Positions 1 through 7,952 of a DNA stretch of 64,000 bases are shown in pieces. Source of the DNA: Convolutriloba macropyga (Eukaryota). Made by a program: the position numbers and the translations under genes. The notes under the pieces are model-generated. The model was not told the DNA's origin. It searched no databases and saw only the letters and a program-made list of their open reading frames with translations. The stretch is taken from positions 71,114,001 through 71,178,000 of the forward strand of contig NC_134473.1 in assembly GCF_964194025.1 (NCBI RefSeq). The letters run 5' to 3'. Positions within the stretch are counted from its first letter, which is position 1; each line of letters opens with the position of its first letter.

Positions 1-3000
1 GGCCAAACCGTTAAGGTAGTCAAACAAACAAGACTAACATTCACAATGGCACATCAACAATTCACAGAATCCTTTTTAGTTTTACCGACGGCAAACTCAA
101 TCATCCTAGGAAACCCTTTCTTCAAAAAACATGACATCACCATTAGCCCAGCACGTAAATTTCTACAATTATCAGACTTGACCATACAAATTAACGAAAT
201 AAAGCCGACAAACGAACCACGAAGAGTAGTTAGACAGAAAAAGATACCAATTTATCTCACGAAAAATACAACGATACAACCAAACCAGCATGCTATTCTA
301 GAATGTTCACCACCTGAAAGCACTGAAGAGTACAAAAACCTCAGTGGAGTACTGATACCGAATGAAATTTTGGAAAGAGAAACAGACTTAGCTTTCACTT
401 CTTCACTTAGCACAATTAGTGACCAGAATAAATTGTTTGTATCAACAATAAACATTACAAATCATCCAATTACCCTACACAAACGTACAGAAGTAGCAAG
501 ATTTTCAATATTGACACCCGAACAAGCAGATCAACTCATCAAAATTGATCCTGAACTTATAGCACTCGCTAAGTTCAGAGAAAAGGAAAACGAAATCCCA
601 GAAATCAATCAACTTATTCAAGACACAGAAAAGAAAGGAAAATTGCAACCGCCGCGACCTCCTCCAGACTACAATTCACTATGGTTCCCGACGCCAGAAA
701 CATGCGATCACCCCGAATTGCTGACACCAATCCAGTTAGAAATTTATAAAAAATTACAAGAACTTAGAAAAATGGAAAACTCAGACCCAATTAATAACAT
801 TGATGACCGACACAATTTCCTTCGCAGATTCCCTTGGAACAAATCAGCCTTAAACCCTGAACAGAAGGAAGAACTCGAAATACTGATACTTGAATATTGT
901 GATATTTTCGCGAAACATCGATTTGACGTCGGTTACAATACAGAACTGAAAATCAAACTGACTCCTGAGCATTCCATGCCAATGTACGTCCAAGGCCCTC
1001 CCACACCAGTACACCTCAGAGAAGAACTACAAGTGGAACTAGCCTTGATGCAGTACTATGGCCTCATCACAACATTGCCTCAATCGAAATACAGTAGCCC
1101 TTTGTTTGCTCACAGAAAGGAATCCGGTAAACTACGACTGCTAATTGATCTCCGGAGAATAAATCACCTTTTAAAAAACGATTATCTTAACTCAAATTTT
1201 CCAATCTCTAACATCACTGATGCAACTAATCACTTTGCCGGAAAGACACTTTTCACAAAACTAGACTGCTCACAAGCATATCACTGTGTCCAAATGGCAG
1301 ATGATTTATCAACACAACTTTTAGCGTTTAACTTTTCATCTCGGACCTATGCATACAAGTGTTTGGCACAAGGCCTCAACAAATCAGTGACCGGATTTAG
1401 TTCTTTCATAAGACATTACCTTGATCCTTGCTTGGCAGCAGACGTTTGTACACAATTCATGGACGATATTGGATGTGCGGTATCAAACTTTCAAGAGCTT
1501 TTACCAACACTAAGAAAAATTTTCGACTGTATTCGCAGATCTGGACTGAAACTAGCACCAGAGAAATGTGAAATAGCCTGCAAGTCAATGAAGTTCCTTG
1601 GAAACATTATAAACTCATCCGGAATTTCACCTGAAGCCGCAAAAATATCAAAATTCCTAAACACAATAAAAATGCCACAGACAACAAAACAAGTCAAAAG
1701 GCTAATCGGCTTTGTACAATTTTTCAAAAACTACATACCAAACCTTGGTGAAAAATTAATACCATTCTACCAACTGCTCAAAAAAGACGCAAAAATACAA
1801 CCCAGTGAAAAACACTATGAAAGACTTGAAATCATTAAAAAAGATTTACTCGAAGCAACCGACATGACATTACGACTCCCCCGACCTGACCTTCAGTACA
1901 TTTTATTATGTGATGCCAGCTACTATGCAGCCGGATTTGTTTTAATGGTAGAAGACTATGTCCAAGGAAAACAATCGAAAGAGAGGAAAACATATGCACC
2001 GGTATCATTTGGAAGCCAAACGTTCACAACAGCGCAACTCAAGTTCTCGATTTATTACAAAGAATTTTTAGCTCTCTATTTTGCATTGGAACATTTTGCT
2101 CATTACATTTGGGGCGCTAGTCAGCCAATTGTAGTACTCACAGACAACAAAAGCCTAACGCAGTTTTTCCAATCAAAGACTATACCACCCTCACTATGGA
2201 ACTTCCTGGACAGAGTCCTATCTTTCAACATAGTGATAGCACATATACCTGGGAGAGCTAACTACGCAGCAGATTTTTTGTCTAGAATTGAAACAGACAG
2301 ATCAGCAAGCCTTACGCTGAAAATGAACGACAAAATCCCAATACGCGAATTTGAAATAGACACGAAAGCAGATACACCAGATGTAACACTGAATGCAATT
2401 GATACAATAGATGAAATCTTCACACCAAAGAACCAACAAACCGAATTTGAGGAGCAACTCAAATTGCATGGGTTATATGAATCTTACTTAGAGCGTCAAG
2501 CAAGCCAACCAGCTGACGAGATAAAGGGATTTGTAAGATTCCATATACATCAAATAAATGCGCTACAATTCACAAACCCAGCAGATACTTTGAACGACAT
2601 ATTACAAAAAACTGACCCATTAGACCTAAAGCACGAACAAATGCAAGATGATGAAGTCCGTAGAGTGATTGAGTGGAAAATGAATGGAAGCCTAGTTGAC
2701 GTAACATACGGAACAAAAGTACTCAAAAAATACTACAAGCAATTAAATCGACTCATAGTGAAAGAAGGAATACTTTACCGTCTCTTTTATAACGATGTTG
2801 GACAAGTACAGTACGAGCAATACTGTTTACCAAAGCATTTGTGGAAGGAAGTACTTTATCGACTTCACAATTCACGTACAGCAGGTCACAATAGAATAAA
2901 CCGAATAATACAGGAATTCCGTCAAAGATTCTATTTCCCAGGCTTCACAGAACAACTACTAGACCTAGTCAAGAACTGTCTCACATGTCTCCAGCTCCGA

Positions 3001-5151
3001 AAAGCCAATGAGAAGCATCTCAGACCGAGTTTACAACCCTTGTCATCACTACAGTCATACCCAGGTGATATGCTACAAATAGATTTAGTGGGAACATTCA
3101 ATTCACCAGTTTACAAATATGTGCTAAGTGGCATAGATGTTTTTTCAAAGTTCTTGTTCGCCGTACCTTTAACAAATGCCAGCGCAGACACTGTAGCTAG
3201 AGAACTAGTGAAAATTTTCTTTAACCATAGTTACATCCCTGAGACCATTCTAAGTGATCTTGGCACAACATTCACATCGTCACTCTTCCATGAGCTTACT
3301 AAACTACTAGAAATAAAATTAAAACATGCAACTCTTAAACACCCGCAAACAATCGGGGTAGTAGAAAGATCACACAACGCTGCTTTGAAACGAATACTGA
3401 AAATCAATACAAGCAGTCAGTGGAATGACTGGCACAAATATGTCTCTCTCGCAGTCTTCATTCATAATACATCATATCACCACTCAATCGGCTGTTGCCC
3501 ATCCTCAATCTTCCACGGACGAGACCCGATCAAACCTTTGGATATACGATTTTCCAGGAAAGCAATGGAATCCGTTGAAACCAACTCTGATTACGTAAAT
3601 GCTTTACAGGACTCCATGATCACTAAATTCGCAGAAAACAAATTACGATTGATAGAATCTTATCAGCGATACAGATATTATTATGACAAAAAAGCGGAAG
3701 CTAAACCACTGCAGTTGCATTCATACTGTCTTCTTCTCAATCCAAAAATAACATCTCAACAACAAACGATCACAAAGACAGTCCAAGTTTGGTTACCACT
3801 TTATAGAGTAGAGAAAGTCTTAACTGACTCGAACTATATTATAAGAAAAACGGGCACACATTTTACCCAGTGTGTACATCGAATTCGAGTCCGCCCTATA
3901 AAACGACCAGACAATTTAGACGATTTAGCCACCATTGACCCAGCAGAGTTCAAAGCCGATCCGTCGCGAAGAGATACCAAAAAAGAGCCAGAACTCTTTG
4001 ACGAATATTTGGAAAACCTTGCATTTAATGATGTTTCCATAAACAACCATCCACCAGAACCACCCTCAGCTAAGAACCCTGTGAAAGTGTCACTATCAAT
4101 TCCAATTGCACCAGCTGCAGCACCTAGAGCCGAGCACCCTGCACCTGAAATCAGGCAACAACCAATAGTAGAACACCCGCCGACTCCAGAAAATGAAACA
4201 CCACCCCAATCACCCCCACCTATAACCAGAACTAATGTACTCGATGACCAAAAGGATAATGCAACCAATGAACCTGATCGCTTAGCACTGGGGTATGAAA
4301 AACGAAAATCGGAAAGACCACAAAACGTTGTTTATGGACCATCACCATTGAAACCTACGAAAATTCCGAAAAAAATCCAGTTCTCAAACCAAGTCGCTAG
4401 ACGGCAATATACAACTACCGACAGGAAAACACCAACTCGGAGAGCAACAACAATAGACGGACAAGCATTAGAAGTCTTGAATACAGACGAAACACCAACG
4501 AGAAGCGAAAAACGAAAAATAATTCAAAAATCTGTACAAAAAGCAAAAAGCTCAGAAGGCACTTCACGGGAAGTTAAATTAGACCAAGTCCGTGCTAGCA
4601 TTTTGAAATATCAAGGGAACGCAGAAACAGAACCCTCCCCTACGTCAGAGAAACGGAAAAAAACAAGAAACAACAAACAAACAACTATCAATTCTTTCAC
4701 ACCAAAAAACTGGCAAAAAATATTTTATGTCAAAGGCAATATTCTACGAATACCTTACCCTATAGCACATTCCATCTCAGCTGATTTCCATATGGGAAAA
4801 GGCTTCGCCAGACGCGTATCACGACAGTACCCGGGAATCAAACAAATAGCCGAGAAAAGTCCACAACTTCCAATCGGAGCGGTAATGTCATATTATGAAC
4901 CACGTGAAGACAAAATTATATTCAACCTTATCACAAAAAAACACTTCTTTGAGAAACCGACATATTACGCATTGTCACAAACACTTCACAACTTAAAGTA
5001 TCTGTTATTAAAACATCAAATCGATACTATAATCTTTCCAAAAATTGGATGTGGACTTGATCAGCTCAAAGAGAAAACAGTCTTCCATTTGATCCGCGAC
5101 ACATTTTCGAACTCAAAAATAACAGTGTATCATCAATTCTCAAAAAGCTGA
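1..5151 (+). CDS. pol: Pol polyprotein, 5'-truncated by the window: protease C-term, dUTPase-like spacer, RT, RNase H, integrase, Pro-rich linker, C-terminal macrodomain
   Basis: Frame is open from base 1. Motifs: protease IILGNPFF; RT SSPLF..RK..GKLRLLIDLR, LDCSQAY, QGL and FMDD (1456-1467); RNase H CDAS..EFLA..TDNKSL; integrase HHCC (H-NSRTAG-H..CLTC) and D..D-35-E (IDLVG / SDLG / VVER). No stops in about 1700 codons. Confidence 0.96.
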   Translation, partial: GQTVKVVKQTRLTFTMAHQQFTESFLVLPTANSIILGNPFFKKHDITISPARKFLQLSDLTIQINEIKPTNEPRRVVRQKKIPIYLTKNTTIQPNQHAILECSPPESTEEYKNLSGVLIPNEILERETDLAFTSSLSTISDQNKLFVSTINITNHPITLHKRTEVARFSILTPEQADQLIKIDPELIALAKFREKENEIPEINQLIQDTEKKGKLQPPRPPPDYNSLWFPTPETCDHPELLTPIQLEIYKKLQELRKMENSDPINNIDDRHNFLRRFPWNKSALNPEQKEELEILILEYCDIFAKHRFDVGYNTELKIKLTPEHSMPMYVQGPPTPVHLREELQVELALMQYYGLITTLPQSKYSSPLFAHRKESGKLRLLIDLRRINHLLKNDYLNSNFPISNITDATNHFAGKTLFTKLDCSQAYHCVQMADDLSTQLLAFNFSSRTYAYKCLAQGLNKSVTGFSSFIRHYLDPCLAADVCTQFMDDIGCAVSNFQELLPTLRKIFDCIRRSGLKLAPEKCEIACKSMKFLGNIINSSGISPEAAKISKFLNTIKMPQTTKQVKRLIGFVQFFKNYIPNLGEKLIPFYQLLKKDAKIQPSEKHYERLEIIKKDLLEATDMTLRLPRPDLQYILLCDASYYAAGFVLMVEDYVQGKQSKERKTYAPVSFGSQTFTTAQLKFSIYYKEFLALYFALEHFAHYIWGASQPIVVLTDNKSLTQFFQSKTIPPSLWNFLDRVLSFNIVIAHIPGRANYAADFLSRIETDRSASLTLKMNDKIPIREFEIDTKADTPDVTLNAIDTIDEIFTPKNQQTEFEEQLKLHGLYESYLERQASQPADEIKGFVRFHIHQINALQFTNPADTLNDILQKTDPLDLKHEQMQDDEVRRVIEWKMNGSLVDVTYGTKVLKKYYKQLNRLIVKEGILYRLFYNDVGQVQYEQYCLPKHLWKEVLYRLHNSRTAGHNRINRIIQEFRQRFYFPGFTEQLLDLVKNCLTCLQLRKANEKHLRPSLQPLSSLQSYPGDMLQIDLVGTFNSPVYKYVLSGIDVFSKFLFAVPLTNASADTVARELVKIFFNHSYIPETILSDLGTTFTSSLFHELTKLLEIKLKHATLKHPQTIGVVERSHNAALKRILKINTSSQWNDWHKYVSLAVFIHNTSYHHSIGCCPSSIFHGRDPIKPLDIRFSRKAMESVETNSDYVNALQDSMITKFAENKLRLIESYQRYRYYYDKKAEAKPLQLHSYCLLLNPKITSQQQTITKTVQVWLPLYRVEKVLTDSNYIIRKTGTHFTQCVHRIRVRPIKRPDNLDDLATIDPAEFKADPSRRDTKKEPELFDEYLENLAFNDVSINNHPPEPPSAKNPVKVSLSIPIAPAAAPRAEHPAPEIRQQPIVEHPPTPENETPPQSPPPITRTNVLDDQKDNATNEPDRLALGYEKRKSERPQNVVYGPSPLKPTKIPKKIQFSNQVARRQYTTTDRKTPTRRATTIDGQALEVLNTDETPTRSEKRKIIQKSVQKAKSSEGTSREVKLDQVRASILKYQGNAETEPSPTSEKRKKTRNNKQTTINSFTPKNWQKIFYVKGNILRIPYPIAHSISADFHMGKGFARRVSRQYPGIKQIAEKSPQLPIGAVMSYYEPREDKIIFNLITKKHFFEKPTYYALSQTLHNLKYLLLKHQIDTIIFPKIGCGLDQLKEKTVFHLIRDTFSNSKITVYHQFSKS
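4720..5136 (+). other. TARG1/OARD1 (Poa1p/DarG-like) macrodomain fused in frame to the Pol C-terminus
   Basis: IFYVKGNI..IAHSISADFHMGKGFA..IFNLITKK..KPTY..L...L..L..FPKIGCGLDQL..ITVY matches, motif for motif, human OARD1 as I recall it (ITYVKGDL..LAHCISEDCRMGAGIA..YYLITKK..KPTY..MPRIGCGLDRL..ITVY). Confidence 0.92.
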
Positions 5152-6385
5152 AGCCTACTTTTCACCTAAAACGCACCTCCATTATAGTAGCTATTGGAGC
5201 AATAACAGAAAGGATGCGAAAGAACGAAATTAAAGAGATAAAGAGAAAAGAATACAAAAAAGAGGAAAACTTGGAAGCCGAACGAACGAAGCAAAAACAC
5301 AAAAAAAGGAAATATCTTGTTGTGAAAAAAAAAATCAGTCGTCGAGCTATGCAAGACAACCTCGCACCTATCCACAAAAGGTCAGGTAACCAACCAAATA
5401 TGACAAATGAAGGAAGACAATCACAAAAAGCAGAAAAAAATGAAAAAACGAGAAAAATGGAAAAATTGGAAAAAACGAAGTAAGAGCGAATTTCAAATTT
5501 TGAGAAAAAATAACTACCGAACCCGTCTTCAGACATTACGTGGAGCTTATATTCCAATATTGATCAAGTTTTGAAGTTTAGTTTTCAAAAAAACTATAAA
5601 TAAAAAATTTGGGCAAAATCAGCAAAAAATGAAAAAGCGCCAAAGTTCAAAAGTCAACCAAACTTTCAAAAAAAGAGCAAACGACCTCAAATTTGGCCCA
5701 GCGACCCCATTATGCCACTAGAAAGGGCCCACCAAAGGGTTTTTACCTGGCACCAATAGGAAACGAGAACTTCTCTTCTGAATTTCCAAAAATCGGACAT
5801 CAAAAATGTGAAAATTGCACGCAAACAAACGGTAGCCCCACAAAATTAGATGCTGAAACGGGCAATTTTTTGCGCTGGTATTAAAGGCAACACGTATACC
5901 AACCCATCGAAGCCCAAACAGAACAGAAAAAATGAAAATTTTTGAAGTTATGGCCCAAAAATCACAGAAAATCGACTTTCGACAGCAACCCACTGCCTAT
6001 CTCCCAAAAATGAGCTAAAATCTCCATTTTTTTGAATTCGGAGACTACGAAACGCTGCACCAGACCCCAAAATGAGCCGACATGACCGGAATTTAGCTGT
6101 AATAGCCCCAGAATCCATTTTTGGCCGAACTGTGCAGACCAAAAGTCGACCGAAATCTGACCCAAAAAATAGCCTGAAAATCGGGGGTTTTTTCAAAAAA
6201 TTGCAAGTTTAAATGCCCAAAATGCCTAATTATATAGTACTCCGATAAAGCTAAGCTCACGGTGGTTCTAATTAAGCAAAAATACCCAGCACTTTAGCCT
6301 TGGTGGACAAGTTAGAGAACAGTATTGGTCATGTTGCACTAATCTGCAGAAACGCCAAAAAATGAAAAGTTCACTTACCATACCT

Positions 6386-6994
6386 TCATGAATTGATTGG
6401 CCCTTTTTGACGTTGCTGATTTCTTCGTACACCTAAGGCGCCTTGTGTCACACCAGCCCAAGCAGTTTTCTTTCTCTCTTCACTGATTAATGTTGATATA
6501 GAAAGAAGACACGTAAACTGATTTTGCACCCCAAAAGTCGAAACTGTATGGTGCCATCCATAAGGAAGATAAAGTGTCTCCCCGGGCGCTTGAACGGCAA
6601 TATATGCTTGGTCCACAAGCTCTGGCAGCTGATCGATAAGTGCTGGAACCTCTCTGGCCAATCTTACGACTTCAGCAGCAAACTTTCCAGGAGGCAACAA
6701 AATCCACAATTTTGAGGCTTGCCCGTGCAAAGTGATAAAAGAATCAGCAGCATCCTCCCAATCGGAATGCCAAGGCACGAACTGGGGTCCCTCGCCCAGG
6801 ATGCAAAATCCAAACGACCACGGAGCCAATTCAAACGTTGGGGGCAGCTTGTAATCTATATCACACTTGTACTCCTCCTTCAAGGTACAGTTAAATAAAA
6901 TGTCTTTGCCGAAGTTTCCGTACCGCGTTTCATCAACGGGCCAATTGAAACGCTTAGTGATGTTCCCAAACTTCTTTATATTCGCTAGGTCGCG
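6386..6994 (-). CDS. JmjC-domain (cupin-like) 2-oxoglutarate/Fe(II) dioxygenase, main exon (202 aa plus stop)
   Basis: WHSD (HxD, 6761-6769), SKLWILLPP and QAPGETLYLPYGWHHTV (distal His 6548-6550) are JmjC signatures. The frame stays open upstream of the tracked start to a TTTCAG acceptor at 6995-7000. Confidence 0.85.
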   Translation of the reverse strand, partial: RDLANIKKFGNITKRFNWPVDETRYGNFGKDILFNCTLKEEYKCDIDYKLPPTFELAPWSFGFCILGEGPQFVPWHSDWEDAADSFITLHGQASKLWILLPPGKFAAEVVRLAREVPALIDQLPELVDQAYIAVQAPGETLYLPYGWHHTVSTFGVQNQFTCLLSISTLISEERKKTAWAGVTQGALGVRRNQQRQKGPINS

Positions 6995-7090
6995 CTGAAA
7001 ATTTCATTAATCATTTAATATACAGTACAAAAGGCAAATTATTCGAGGAAACTCCAACAACTGCAAAACGTACTAAATAAGGAAACTCAC

Positions 7091-7232
7091 GTTTAAATTC
7101 CGATCAGAGAACTTCACAAGCTGTCTTTATGATCGAAGGAACACCAACCTCCACTTCCTTTGGCTGCACTCGCTTTACAGGCCGTAACAAAGCCTCAGCT
7201 TTAGATTTCAGATCATAAAATTCAGAAATCAT
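7091..7232 (-). CDS. Probable first coding exon of the JmjC gene (MISEFYDLKSKAEALLRPVK..GVPSIIKT / VKFSDRNLN)
   Basis: Acceptor TTTCCAG then ATCAAAATG at 7238-7230, GTGAGT donor at 7090-7085, and a 96-nt intron to the main exon. The ATG frame meets TGA at 7106-7104, so a 1-nt frameshift or a 58-nt GT-AG intron (7121-7178) is needed. Confidence 0.5.
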
Positions 7233-7521
7233 TTTGATCTGGAAATGAAATTTTAATTCATGCTAACATGCAATGATAACTAAAGCTACAAACATCTACA
7301 CAAAACGCTTTAAACACACGTGCTAAACTGTTTATTTCACGCACTCTGACAACACACTTAATTGAACTTTGTTGGGTAAAACATTACATGCACATGCACA
7401 CACTGAGTAATTAAATGAGGCATTAAAACAAACAGTTCTAACAATTGGTAAAGCACTCACTAAGTCTCAATGAAACTAACTCTTCCCTTCACTTACTCAT
7501 GCAGACACAAACTACACTGAT

Positions 7522-7746
7522 TTAACCTCTGAATAGGAGCCAACTAACAGCCCCCCTCAGTATGCACAAAACCAAGAGTATGATTAAGGCAACATAAATG
7601 AAGGACATCCAATCGAATTGATCTCCTTCAACTTGAACCCCACATTGTGGCGCATGGCCTCGAGTCCAAATGTTGAACCTTGCAAAATATGTGCCATTGG
7701 GACAGCAAGTAATAACAAACTCGTCAACAGTGACATTGAAACACAT
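7522..7746 (-). CDS. 74-aa single-pass membrane protein (accessory ORF of the retroelement)
   Basis: Real ATG in the context TTTTCAG|ATCAAAATG. N-terminal part has 4 Cys and two N-glycosylation sequons (NVT, NGT), followed by hydrophobic helix FIYVALIILLVLCIL. Confidence 0.6.
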   Translation of the reverse strand: MCFNVTVDEFVITCCPNGTYFARFNIWTRGHAPQCGVQVEGDQFDWMSFIYVALIILLVLCILRGAVSWLLFRG

Positions 7747-7930
7747 TTTGATCTGAAAAGCTCAATGAATATCAAATAAACTGATCCAACAAAATAAAGA
7801 GATTATGAAAGTTAAACAATTAACTAAATCATTCAAACACACAAACTGAACAAATAACCAGGGACAAATCAATTTTGACGTTTTGGAAGTACGCAGCTGC
7901 AAAATAATCATTGGGACACAAATCCAATCT

Positions 7931-7952
7931 AAATTTCAGTTACACAAAAATG
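7931..7952 (+). promoter_or_regulatory. Splice acceptor and start context for a subgenomic env mRNA
   Basis: AAATTTCAG (AG at 7938-7939), 10 nt before the ATG at 7950, as expected for spliced env expression. Confidence 0.55.

Noticed and set aside
655-672. PPPDY as a PPxY late (budding) domain
   Set aside because: It lies in Pol between protease and RT rather than in Gag, and such short motifs arise easily in Pro-rich linkers.
3834-4268. 144-aa Gly-rich antisense ORF within pol
   Set aside because: Shadow of the Pro-rich linker codons, with no independent start or splice context.
5162-5557. Lys-rich (+) and Phe-rich (-) ORFs after pol
   Set aside because: Compositional products of A-tracts with no recognisable motif. 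A small basic accessory protein at 5214-5483 cannot be fully excluded.
7911-7949. Tracked env start at 7911
   Set aside because: It is a TTG upstream of a splice acceptor; the signal peptide begins at ATG 7950.
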